Below, piece by piece: positions 1-8,736 of a stretch of DNA of 32,680 bases. The DNA lies in assembly GCA_036507455.1 (NCBI GenBank), contig DATCJB010000009.1, positions 1 through 32,680 on the forward strand, written 5' to 3'. The notes beneath the pieces were generated by a model. It had not been told where the DNA came from, ran no database searches, and saw only the letters and a program-made list of their open reading frames with translations. A program made the translations under genes and the position numbers. The DNA is from Patescibacteria group bacterium (GTDB lineage Bacteria > Patescibacteriota > Microgenomatia > Curtissbacterales > DATCJB01). Each line of letters begins with the position of its first letter. Within the stretch, counting starts at the first letter, position 1.

Positions 1-1
1 G

Positions 2-370
2 TTATCCCAAAAGGTTGTGACGATAGAATATTTTAAAAAGCTTGCAAATACTGCTAAAAAAAGACTTGAAAAATTAAAGTATATGAATGTCTTAGTAGTA
101 AACGGTGACGGAAGAAAAGGTTTCGAGCAGGAAGCTCCGTTTGATAAAGTGATAATCACCGCAGGTTCGGAAGAAGTTCCTAAAAGCCTAATTTTTCAAT
201 TAAAGGCCGGAGGAATACTAGTTGCTCCGATAGGACCGCAGGGCAGTCAAAGATTATTAAAGTTTGTAAAGAAAAATGGAGGGGTAAAGTTAGCTGAAGA
301 CTTAGGGGAATGCCAATTTGTACCACTTTTGGGTAAGCCTATATTTGGGACATTAGATATGGGTAAATAA
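2..370 (+). CDS. pcm: protein-L-isoaspartate O-methyltransferase, C-terminal part (5' end lies outside the window)
   Basis: The reading frame is open from the window edge (LSQKVVTIEYF...), so the listed GTG at 17 is probably internal. VIITAGSEEVPKSLIFQLKAGGILVAPIG matches the conserved C-terminal half of PCMT-type SAM methyltransferases. Confidence 0.75.
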   Translation, partial: LSQKVVTIEYFKKLANTAKKRLEKLKYMNVLVVNGDGRKGFEQEAPFDKVIITAGSEEVPKSLIFQLKAGGILVAPIGPQGSQRLLKFVKKNGGVKLAEDLGECQFVPLLGKPIFGTLDMGK

Positions 371-377
371 TTTATAC

Positions 378-1670
378 ATGAATAATATAATTACTCAAAC
401 AAATATTAATTTTATTAAACAACACGTTTATCAAGTAAGTCAGGTTAATAAACTTGCCCGTGAGAGTTTGGAAAAAATTTCAATTTGGGTTGAAGGAGAA
501 GTAAGTGAATTTAATAAAAACCCAAAATACGCTTTTGTTTACCTAAAGTTAAAAGATGATCAGGCCTCTCTTTCCTGTATTTCGACTTTTAAAGTTTTTA
601 ACCAATTCGGTGAAAGTATTGTTGGTCAAAAAATTTTAGTTTTTGGATATATGACATTGTATGAAAAAGAAGGCCGTTTTCAATTTTCAATTAAACAAGT
701 TGAAGCAGTCGGGGAAGGATTACTTCAAAAAAAACTGGATGAGTTGATTTTAAAACTTAAAGCTGAAGGTTTATTTGATACGAAACATAAAAAAACAATT
801 CCTGCTTACCCAAAGAAAGTTTGCGTTGTCACATCATATGATTCAGCGGCCTGGAATGATTTTAAACGTCATACAGTAGGAAAGTTTCCGGTTATCCAAT
901 TGTTTGTAGCAGATGTCAGAGTTCAAGGTAATAAATCAGTAGAGCAACTGCTTACAACTTTACCAATTGTAGATAATAAGAACTTTGACGTAATTGTTGT
1001 TACAAGAGGAGGCGGATCTTTAGAAGATCTGGCTGCATTTAACGATGAAATGGTCGCGAGGACAATTTTTAAAATGAAAACTCCAACAATCGTTGCGATT
1101 GGTCATGAATTTAACGAATCTTTAGCCGAATGGGTTGCTGATGTTAGAGCTTCAACTCCGACTGATGCGGCAAACATCATAACAAGTAATTATTCTAAAC
1201 TGGAAGAAAAACTGGACTATTTTAGTCGACAGTTATTAACTAAATCAAATTATTATTTTATGACTAATTTTCAACTACTTGATCATCTGCACTTTCGTTT
1301 AACTCAAATAAAGTACTCATTTAAAGAGTTGCCCCAAAAATTATTTGGACTTAACCAGTATTTGAAAGTTCATGAAAAATCACTAATTTTTGAAGCTGAT
1401 CGATCTTTGGTTGATTTGTATTTTAAACTCAATAAAAACATTCTAACTAAGTTCACTTACAATAATCAGAAGTTAGAAAATTTAGAGAGATCATTATTTT
1501 TACTTTCTCCTCAAAATACCCTAAAACGCGGTTACGCTATCGCCACCAATTTTAAGGGAAAAGTAATAAAAAGTATCAAATCTGTTGAAGTTGGAGAACA
1601 AGTTGGGGTAAGATTGGCAGACGGAAATTTATCAACTAAAGTAAAATCAAAATCAAATGTCAAAATCTGA
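378..1670 (+). CDS. xseA: exodeoxyribonuclease VII large subunit
   Basis: 430 aa. N-terminal OB-fold region (ISIWVEGEVSEF...YLKLKD), a catalytic core with VTRGGGSLEDLAAFNDE and ASTPTDAA motifs, and a long coiled-coil tail. It overlaps xseB by 14 nt. Confidence 0.9.
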   Translation: MNNIITQTNINFIKQHVYQVSQVNKLARESLEKISIWVEGEVSEFNKNPKYAFVYLKLKDDQASLSCISTFKVFNQFGESIVGQKILVFGYMTLYEKEGRFQFSIKQVEAVGEGLLQKKLDELILKLKAEGLFDTKHKKTIPAYPKKVCVVTSYDSAAWNDFKRHTVGKFPVIQLFVADVRVQGNKSVEQLLTTLPIVDNKNFDVIVVTRGGGSLEDLAAFNDEMVARTIFKMKTPTIVAIGHEFNESLAEWVADVRASTPTDAANIITSNYSKLEEKLDYFSRQLLTKSNYYFMTNFQLLDHLHFRLTQIKYSFKELPQKLFGLNQYLKVHEKSLIFEADRSLVDLYFKLNKNILTKFTYNNQKLENLERSLFLLSPQNTLKRGYAIATNFKGKVIKSIKSVEVGEQVGVRLADGNLSTKVKSKSNVKI

Positions 1671-1872
1671 TCAAAGTCTATCATTTTCAAAGGCACTGAA
1701 AAGACTGGAAGAAATTATTGAAAAACTTGAAAGTCCTGATCTGGACTTAGAAGATGGGCTAAAGCTTCTGGAAGAAGGGGTTACTCTTCACAAAATCTGC
1801 AAAGCTAAATTGACTCAAGCCAATGAAAAAATCACAAAGATTTTATCAATCGATTCAAAAGACCCAAAATGA
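1657..1872 (+). CDS. xseB: exodeoxyribonuclease VII small subunit
   Basis: 71 aa. SFSKALKRLEEIIEKLESPDLDLEDGLKLLEEG is the typical XseB helical hairpin signature, and the gene sits immediately after xseA. Confidence 0.9.
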   Translation: MSKSDQSLSFSKALKRLEEIIEKLESPDLDLEDGLKLLEEGVTLHKICKAKLTQANEKITKILSIDSKDPK

Positions 1873-2567
1873 TTCTATTACTTCACGGTGATGATATTGT
1901 AAAAAGCCGCCAGTATTTACAGGATTTTAAGAAAAGTGAAAAATTTGACGAGATTAAGGTTTATTCTTCAAACGATATTAACTTGACGGACTTGACTAAT
2001 CAGCTTGCAAATCAATCACTGATCGCTTGCAAAAGACTGATTATAATTGAAAATTTATTTAAAAACACAAGTTTTGAATTAAAAAACTTTAAAATAATTG
2101 ACCAAGACGTAGATCTTGTTATTTGGGAGGATCGACTATTGGCCCCTACCAAGATTAAACAGATTGAAAAAGTGGGAAAGGTGTATCAATTTAAAATTGA
2201 GCCGTTAATTTTTAAATATCTTGATGCAATTTACCCAGGGAATGTTAAAAATTCTTTGGAACTTTTAAAAATATTAATAAAAAAGGAGGATGGACAATTT
2301 ATTTTCGCGATGTTAATCAGGCACTTTAGAACACTATTTCTCGCATCAACACCGTCAGGATTGGATTCTCTGAAAAGACAGCTTGCTGATTGGCAACTAT
2401 CAAAGTTTGTTTTTCAATCAAAAAAATTTAACACGGACAAAATTAAAAAATCATTAGAACTTCTGCTCGATATTGATATTAAAGTAAAATCCGGCAGCGT
2501 TTCAGGTATAGATCAGGAATTGGTTGACTTCACATATAGATTGACCAAAACCTCTTCAAATAGATAA
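1869..2567 (+). CDS. holA: DNA polymerase III delta subunit-like protein (short form)
   Basis: 232 aa, with an ATGA start/stop overlap with xseB. The N-terminal LLLHGDD...SLIACKRLIIIEN and the later FKYLDAI...GNVKNSLELLKIL...FIFAMLIRHFRTL are collinear with conserved HolA blocks (compare E. coli LLLGND...SLFASRQTLLLL and FHWVDALL...ALHILQQL). It is much shorter than the ~340 aa typical form. Confidence 0.6.
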   Translation: MILLLHGDDIVKSRQYLQDFKKSEKFDEIKVYSSNDINLTDLTNQLANQSLIACKRLIIIENLFKNTSFELKNFKIIDQDVDLVIWEDRLLAPTKIKQIEKVGKVYQFKIEPLIFKYLDAIYPGNVKNSLELLKILIKKEDGQFIFAMLIRHFRTLFLASTPSGLDSLKRQLADWQLSKFVFQSKKFNTDKIKKSLELLLDIDIKVKSGSVSGIDQELVDFTYRLTKTSSNR

Positions 2568-2603
2568 GATAGATTAGAGCCAAATTTCCAATTTAACTGC
2601 TCA

Positions 2604-4892
2604 ATGGCTAAATACGTTGTAAATATTTCTGAAGTTGATAAAGAAGATATTCCTTTAGTTGGTGGTAAAGGGGCGAATTTAGGAGAGATGACTCAGGCAA
2701 AATTGCCTGTCCCCGGGGGATTTATTGTAACTTCAGCTGCATATTTTGATTTTGTTAAATCTACTAAAATAGATCAGCAAATCAAAGAAACCTTAACAAA
2801 CCTCAACTATCAAAATTATGACGTGTTAAAATCTGCCTCTTCCAAACTTCAAAGATTAATATCAACCTCCAAAGTTTCAGTTGAAATTGAAAAGGAAATT
2901 AAAAATGCATATAAGAAATTAGGCAGGAATACCTACGTGGCAGTAAGGTCTTCAGCCACTGCCGAAGACCTTCCTGAAGCTTCATTTGCCGGTCAGCAGG
3001 CGACCTTTTTAAACGTAAAAGGTGAAAATGACGTGGTTAAATCAGTTCTGGATGCCTGGGCATCACTATTTACAGAGCGAGCAATTTTTTATCGTGAGGA
3101 GCAAAAATTTGACCACACAAAAGTTGGGATAGCTGTTCCGGTTCAAAAAATGGTCAACTCAGAGTTTTCCGGAGTTTGCTTCAGCGTGGATCCGATTACC
3201 AACAACAAAGATTTAATAATAATAGAAGGTATTTACGGTTTAGGAGAAATGATCGTGTCAGGAGCCGTTACTCCCGATCACTATGAAGTCGATAAAAATG
3301 ATCTGGAAATAGTCAATAAACAATTATCAACACAAAGGGAACAGTTGATCAGATCAGGAGGGAAAAATAAACACCTTGCAGTATCGAAAGCTTATCAGGA
3401 CAAACAAAAAATATCAGACCAATTAATAATTGAAGTTGCAAGACTGGCAAAAAAATTAGAAAAACACTACTTTTTCCCTCAGGATATTGAATGGGCAATA
3501 GAAAAGAACAAGGTTTTTATTGTTCAAACCAGGCCAATCACAACCTTAGCCAAAAGCGATAAGGCAAATACTCTAAGAGAATCCCAAGAATTAAAATCTT
3601 CAACTGAAAATCTTAACTTAATTCTTGAGGGTTCTCCTGCATCTCCCGGCGTAGGTACCGGAAAAGTGATCATTGTTTTAGACCCAAAGGAAATAAATAA
3701 AGTTAAAAAAGGCGACGTTTTAGTTGCACCAATGACAAATCCTGATTATGTTCCTGCAATGAGAAAAGCTACTGCGGTAGTTACGGATAAAGGTGGACGC
3801 ACTTCTCACGCGGCTATAGTATCAAGAGAACTTGGAATCCCTGCCGTTGTCGGAACAGAGCAAGCGACGGACAAGTTAAAGGAAGGTCAAATCGTAACCG
3901 TCGACGGTGCAAACGGTAAGGTTTACCGGGGAGCAGTTAAATTGGTATCAAAGCAAATACAACCAAACGCTGCTGAACAGGAACGGATATCCCATTTAAA
4001 AACAGCGACCAAGATTTACCTGAATTTAGGTGAACCGGAAAGAGCTGAAGAACTTGCCAAAAAAAATGTTGACGGTGTCGGACTTTTGAGAGCTGAATTT
4101 ATGATTGCAGAAATTGGTATTCACCCAAAAAAATTAATTGCCGATAAAAAATCAAATTTATTCATTGATAAATTATCAGAAGGACTTGAAACATTTTGCA
4201 GGGCATTCGGTGACAGGCCGGTAATTTATCGGGCCACTGACTTTAAAACTAACGAATATAGAAATTTAAAAGGAGGCGAGCAATATGAACCGCAGGAAGA
4301 AAACCCGATGCTTGGATTTAGAGGAGCCTTTAGATATGTTTCCCATCCGGAAGTTTTCAAATTGGAAATTGAAGCTATTAAAAACGTCAGAAACAAAAAA
4401 GGTTACAAGAATTTGCATCTTATGATTCCGTTTGTCAGAACCGTAGATCATTTAGTTCAGGTTAAAAAGATTCTTGCCGTGAACGGACTAAACAGGAGCC
4501 ATTCTTTCCGTTTGTATTTGATGGTGGAGATACCATCAAACATCATATTAATGGATAAATTTGTCGAAGTCGGGATTGACGGAATTTCCATTGGTTCTAA
4601 TGATTTGACGATGTTAATTTTAGGTGTCGATCGGGATAATGAAGAGCTTGCAAGTGTTTATGATGAACGAAACGAAGCGGTTCTTTGGGCTTTAGAAAAA
4701 GCCGTAACGACGGCCAAAAAACTGGGTGTCACAAGCTCTATTTGCGGTCAGGCTCCGTCTACATATCCGGATCTGACCGAGAAATTAGTATCCTGGGGAA
4801 TAACCTCGGTTTCGATCAATCCGGACGTTATAGATAAGACAAGAGAAATCGTTTACGCAGCCGAGCACAAGTTAGTGCATTCTAAGGATTAA
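2604..4892 (+). CDS. ppsA: phosphoenolpyruvate synthase (pyruvate, water dikinase)
   Basis: 762 aa. ATP-grasp N-terminus (VGGKGANLGEM), a swivel phospho-histidine domain (GGRTSHAAIVSRELGIPAVVG) and a C-terminal PEP-utilising TIM barrel (GIDGISIGSNDLTM). Confidence 0.9.
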   Translation: MAKYVVNISEVDKEDIPLVGGKGANLGEMTQAKLPVPGGFIVTSAAYFDFVKSTKIDQQIKETLTNLNYQNYDVLKSASSKLQRLISTSKVSVEIEKEIKNAYKKLGRNTYVAVRSSATAEDLPEASFAGQQATFLNVKGENDVVKSVLDAWASLFTERAIFYREEQKFDHTKVGIAVPVQKMVNSEFSGVCFSVDPITNNKDLIIIEGIYGLGEMIVSGAVTPDHYEVDKNDLEIVNKQLSTQREQLIRSGGKNKHLAVSKAYQDKQKISDQLIIEVARLAKKLEKHYFFPQDIEWAIEKNKVFIVQTRPITTLAKSDKANTLRESQELKSSTENLNLILEGSPASPGVGTGKVIIVLDPKEINKVKKGDVLVAPMTNPDYVPAMRKATAVVTDKGGRTSHAAIVSRELGIPAVVGTEQATDKLKEGQIVTVDGANGKVYRGAVKLVSKQIQPNAAEQERISHLKTATKIYLNLGEPERAEELAKKNVDGVGLLRAEFMIAEIGIHPKKLIADKKSNLFIDKLSEGLETFCRAFGDRPVIYRATDFKTNEYRNLKGGEQYEPQEENPMLGFRGAFRYVSHPEVFKLEIEAIKNVRNKKGYKNLHLMIPFVRTVDHLVQVKKILAVNGLNRSHSFRLYLMVEIPSNIILMDKFVEVGIDGISIGSNDLTMLILGVDRDNEELASVYDERNEAVLWALEKAVTTAKKLGVTSSICGQAPSTYPDLTEKLVSWGITSVSINPDVIDKTREIVYAAEHKLVHSKD

Positions 4893-4950
4893 TAGAAATT
4901 ATCAGAAAATGATATGCCGATAAACCTGAAAAACTAAACTATTAAATACA

Positions 4951-6243
4951 ATGGCAAAAATCACAAAAATCATGTCAAGGGAAATTTTAGATAGCAGGGG
5001 AATGCCGACAGTTGAATCAAAAGTTGTTCTTGACGACGGTTATTATGGAATTTCTTCCTGCCCGACAGGAGCTTCAACTGGAAAATATGAATCGGTTGAA
5101 ATTAGGGACAAGGACGTAAAAAGATATACGGGTCTTGGAGTCTTACAAGCTGTTTCTAATATTGAAAATGTCATAAGGCCTAAATTAGTCGGAATGGAAG
5201 CTTCAAATCAACAGGAACTTGATCAGGCTTTAATAACTCTTGACGGAACTGAAAATAAGAAAAAATTGGGCGTAAATAGTATATTGCCCGTTTCAATGGC
5301 AGTTGCAAAAGCGCAATCAGCAAGTCAAAGAATTCCCTTGTACTATTATCTTGGTAAGATTTTTCAAAAGACCGAGTCACCAAAATTTCATATCCCTACT
5401 CCCATTTTTAACGTAATGAACGGTGGTAAACACGGAGCGGGTAATTTGGAATTCCAGGAATTTTGGGTTATTCCTTCCCAGACAAAACCGTATTCCCAGG
5501 CTCTGCAGATGGGGGTAGAAATATATTTTGCGGTTAAAAAAGTTCTGATATATAAAAGTGCAATTCATTCGGTTGGTGATGAAGGAGGATTTGCGCCTAA
5601 TTTGTACACAAACGCTGATGCTCTGGAAATATTAGTGGAAGCAATCACTCAAACACAATATGAATTGGCACACGACGTTTTTTTGGGGCTTGATTTGGCA
5701 GCCAATCATTTTAAATCGGGTTCCGCATATCAAATAAAAGACAGGTCAAATTCGATGAACGCGGCAGAACTTGTCGAATTTTACAAAGAATTAATTGAAA
5801 GATATAAGCTTTTGGCAATTGAAGATCCGTTGGGTGAAGATGATTTTAAAGATTGGACGTATTTAAACAGCCAATTGGGCAACAGGGTAATGGTAGTTGG
5901 GGATGATTTGTTAGTTACAAATCCAAAACGTCTGGAAAGGGCAATTAAAGAAAAAGCCTGTAATGCAATTTTAGCTAAACCGAACCAAATCGGAACAATT
6001 AGTGAAACTTTTGAAGTTTTGGAAAAATCAAATGCTAATGATTTCAAGGTTATCATTTCTCACAGATCAGGAGAAACTAATGATAGCTTTATAGCTGATC
6101 TCGCAGTCGCAGTGAACGCAGATTATGTAAAGTTTGGGGCGCCGGCCAGAGGAGAAAGGGTTGCTAAGTATAACCGCTTACTTGAGATTGCAATTTCTCT
6201 GGTAAAAAGTAAACCCGTCCAAGCTCAACAGGTTCAAAAATAA
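4951..6243 (+). CDS. eno: enolase (phosphopyruvate hydratase)
   Basis: 430 aa. Contains SREILDSRGMPTVE at the N-terminus, SHRSGETNDSFIADLAV and AKYNRLLEI, all canonical enolase signatures. Confidence 0.95.
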   Translation: MAKITKIMSREILDSRGMPTVESKVVLDDGYYGISSCPTGASTGKYESVEIRDKDVKRYTGLGVLQAVSNIENVIRPKLVGMEASNQQELDQALITLDGTENKKKLGVNSILPVSMAVAKAQSASQRIPLYYYLGKIFQKTESPKFHIPTPIFNVMNGGKHGAGNLEFQEFWVIPSQTKPYSQALQMGVEIYFAVKKVLIYKSAIHSVGDEGGFAPNLYTNADALEILVEAITQTQYELAHDVFLGLDLAANHFKSGSAYQIKDRSNSMNAAELVEFYKELIERYKLLAIEDPLGEDDFKDWTYLNSQLGNRVMVVGDDLLVTNPKRLERAIKEKACNAILAKPNQIGTISETFEVLEKSNANDFKVIISHRSGETNDSFIADLAVAVNADYVKFGAPARGERVAKYNRLLEIAISLVKSKPVQAQQVQK

Positions 6244-6271
6244 ACTTCCGAGGACATTGCAGTCCCCGGTT

Positions 6272-6299
6272 TTGACCAATTTGATAAATTGTCTATGAT
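6272..6299 (+). promoter_or_regulatory. sigma70-like promoter candidate (TTGACC-16 nt-TATGAT) in the eno-gpmI spacer
   Basis: TTGACC at 6272-6277 and TATGAT at 6294-6299 with a 16-nt spacer. It lies upstream of the stem-loop at 6331-6374 and of gpmI. Promoter-like hexamers arise easily by chance in AT-rich DNA. Confidence 0.3.
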
Positions 6300-6330
6300 T
6301 AAGACACAAATATCTCGTAAGTTTGATTTT

Positions 6331-6374
6331 CTTTCACTTCATTCGTGGATTGTTAATCCACGGTTTTCGTGAAG
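6331..6374 (+). terminator. bipartite stem-loop with a short T-run (eno terminator or gpmI leader attenuator)
   Basis: The inner stem CGTGGATT (6344-6351) pairs with AATCCACG (6355-6362) across a 3-nt loop and is followed by GTTTTC. The outer pairing is TTTCAC (6332-6337) with GTGAAG (6369-6374, one G-U pair). Confidence 0.4.
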
Positions 6375-6384
6375 TCAAAATAAA

Positions 6385-8022
6385 ATGGTAAAACCAATCG
6401 TACTTGTCATATTGGACGGATGGGGAATTGCCGAAAGCAGTCCCGGAAACGCCGTTGAACTTGCCATTACTCCTACACTTGACCGATTATTTGCTTCTTA
6501 TCCAAATTGTGAACTAATTGCTTCTGGAGAATCGGTCGGATTGCCAAAAGACCACCCTGGGAATTCGGAGGTTGGCCACTTAAATCTTGGCGCCGGAAAA
6601 ATCGTTTACCAGGATTTGGCAAGGATAAATATGGCAATAGCCGACGGATCATTTTTGGAAAATCACGCCATTAAAAAAGCGATTGAGAATTGTCAGGTTA
6701 ATAAAACAAATTTTAATATTTTTGGACTGATAGGTTCCGGAGGTGTTCACAGCTATCGGGAACACATATACGCAATTCTTTGGATTTGTAAAAGACAAGG
6801 TTTGGCAAAAAACCAAGTTAAACTCCATCTTTTTACTGACGGAAGAGATTCAGCACCTACATCCTCGCCGGTATTTATTGCAGAGCTTGAAAAGAAAATT
6901 GAAGAGATAGGTGTTGGGGAAATTGCAACAATTTCAGGAAGGTATTATGCAATGGATAGGGATAACCGATGGGAAAGAACACAGCTTGCTTATGAAGCAA
7001 TTGTTGACTCAAAGGGTCCAAGAGCAAAATCAGCTTTGGAAGTTATTGATGCTTCATATAAAAATTCCAGGACCGATGAATTCATCATTCCGACGGTGAT
7101 AGTGGATCAAAAGGGTAATCCAAAAGGTCAGGTTAAAAATAAAGATTCGGTAGTATTTGTTAATTTTCGTCCTGACCGGTCCAGACAATTGACAAAATCA
7201 TTTGTCATAAAGGATTTTTCCGAAATAGAAGTACCGGCGGGTATTTTTGATCACCAGTTTCACGGTCACGAAGGACTTGAAGCTTTTGAGTTATCAAAAA
7301 GCAAGAAGGTAGTGACGTTTAACAGACAAACATATTTGTCTGATTTATTTTTTGTCACAATGACCGAGTATGAGCGGAAAATACCCGTTTCGGCGATTGC
7401 TTTTAGGCCTGCTGATGTTCCATTGCCTCTTGCTAGGGTTTTTTCTGAAAGAAGGCTAAGGCAGTTTCATATAGCAGAAACTGAAAAATATCCTCACGTA
7501 ACATATTTTTTCAATGGTCGTAGAGAAGAGCCGTTTGACGGAGAAGACAGACTGCTTGTACCGTCACCTAAAGTTGCAACTTATGACTTAAAACCGGAAA
7601 TGTCAGCGGATATAATTACTAAAGATTTGGTTGATAAGTTAAACCTAAAAGTCTATGACTTTGTGGTTGTAAATTATGCCAATTTAGATATGGTAGGCCA
7701 TACCGGTGTACTGCCTGCAGCAATTAAAGCAGTCGAGATTATTGATCACAACCTTGATGTGGTTGTAAAAACCGTTCTTTCTTTGGGCGGAGGAGTGTTA
7801 ATTACGGGAGATCACGGTAATTGCGAGCAAATGATTTCCGAAGTCGGAGATGTCGATACTGAACACTCCCAAAACCCGGTTCCCTGTTTGATTATTGAAA
7901 ATAGTTTAACGGGAAAAGCGAGAAAATTACCAAGCGGAATTTTAGCTGATGTTGCACCTACGATTTTGAAGATGATGGAGATAGATAAACCCACTGATAT
8001 GACCGGCAGGTCAATAATATAA
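6385..8022 (+). CDS. gpmI: 2,3-bisphosphoglycerate-independent phosphoglycerate mutase
   Basis: 545 aa. Contains VLVILDGWGI, GNSEVGHLNLGAG, FTDGRDS and ITGDHGN, the iPGM metal-site and phosphoserine-site motifs. Confidence 0.92.
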   Translation: MVKPIVLVILDGWGIAESSPGNAVELAITPTLDRLFASYPNCELIASGESVGLPKDHPGNSEVGHLNLGAGKIVYQDLARINMAIADGSFLENHAIKKAIENCQVNKTNFNIFGLIGSGGVHSYREHIYAILWICKRQGLAKNQVKLHLFTDGRDSAPTSSPVFIAELEKKIEEIGVGEIATISGRYYAMDRDNRWERTQLAYEAIVDSKGPRAKSALEVIDASYKNSRTDEFIIPTVIVDQKGNPKGQVKNKDSVVFVNFRPDRSRQLTKSFVIKDFSEIEVPAGIFDHQFHGHEGLEAFELSKSKKVVTFNRQTYLSDLFFVTMTEYERKIPVSAIAFRPADVPLPLARVFSERRLRQFHIAETEKYPHVTYFFNGRREEPFDGEDRLLVPSPKVATYDLKPEMSADIITKDLVDKLNLKVYDFVVVNYANLDMVGHTGVLPAAIKAVEIIDHNLDVVVKTVLSLGGGVLITGDHGNCEQMISEVGDVDTEHSQNPVPCLIIENSLTGKARKLPSGILADVAPTILKMMEIDKPTDMTGRSII

Positions 8023-8110
8023 AAATGTGCGGATTTTTAACTAGAAATTAAAAAAATATGCGGCTTTTAAATAAATTTTAAAAATTGTGCGGATTTTTAG
8101 ATGAACTAAA
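8021..8110 (+). repeat. three tandem ~30-nt direct repeat units with core TGTGCGGATTTTTA, filling the gpmI-pduL spacer
   Basis: TGTGCGGATTTTTA is exact at 8026-8039 and 8086-8099, and the degenerate TATGCGGCTTTTAA is at 8057-8070. Offsets are 31 and 29 nt. Each core is flanked by A5-6 on the left and T4-5 on the right (AAAAAT-GTGCGG-ATTTTT). Confidence 0.75.
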
Positions 8111-8113
8111 AAA

Positions 8114-8686
8114 ATGAAAGTACTCGTTGAAGTTAGCGCAAGACATGTTCATTTGGACCGTGATACTTTTGCGGCACTATTTGGCCAGGATGCAACACTC
8201 TCTAAATTAAAAGATTTGTCCCAGCCGAAACAATTTGCTGCAAATGAAGTAGTATCTGTCAAAACTAAAAAAGGCAGACTTGATAAAGTAAGAATTTTAG
8301 GACCACTACGCTCGTACACTCAAGTAGAGTTATCAAAAACAGACGCAAGAATTTTAGGAGTTGAAACAATAATCAGGGATTCTGATGAACTTGATCTTGA
8401 TGGTACTGCCGGTGCGACACTGATCGGTCCCAAGGGAGAATTAAAAATCGATAAAGGCGTAATTACTCCCTGGAGACACTTGCACATCTCTTCACTTGAA
8501 GCCACTAGTGCCAATATTAACGACGGTCAATTGCTAAAGGTAAGAGTGGGAGGTTTGAGAGGAATAGTTTTTGAAAAAGTTTTGGTACGGGTAAAACCGC
8601 AATTTAAGTTGTCGATGCACATAGATACTGATGAAGGAAATGCAGTTGGAATTGGCCCAAACACGATTGGCGAAATTCTTCTTTAA
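8114..8686 (+). CDS. pduL: PduL-type phosphate acyltransferase (phosphotransacetylase/propanoyltransferase)
   Basis: 190 aa. EVSARHVHL near the N-terminus, PWRHLHIS and SMHIDTDEGNA form the duplicated PduL histidine/metal motifs. Confidence 0.85.
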   Translation: MKVLVEVSARHVHLDRDTFAALFGQDATLSKLKDLSQPKQFAANEVVSVKTKKGRLDKVRILGPLRSYTQVELSKTDARILGVETIIRDSDELDLDGTAGATLIGPKGELKIDKGVITPWRHLHISSLEATSANINDGQLLKVRVGGLRGIVFEKVLVRVKPQFKLSMHIDTDEGNAVGIGPNTIGEILL

Positions 8687-8736
8687 GTTTTTTCCATAAA
8701 ATGCTAACTTAGAAGGGTAGAAATTAAGCCTGTCCA

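Noticed and set aside
6300-6384. Known riboswitch in the gpmI leader.
   Set aside because: I see only a simple two-tier hairpin, with none of the conserved multi-helix junction sequences of the riboswitch classes I can recall. It is kept only as a generic terminator or attenuator candidate.
8021-8110. Possible mini-CRISPR array, since it has three regularly spaced repeats.
   Set aside because: The conserved core is only about 14 nt within a ~30-nt period, so the 'spacers' would be about 16 nt and are themselves similar A/T-rich sequence. There are only three units, no cas genes and no leader. It behaves as a promoter-proximal tandem repeat rather than a CRISPR array.
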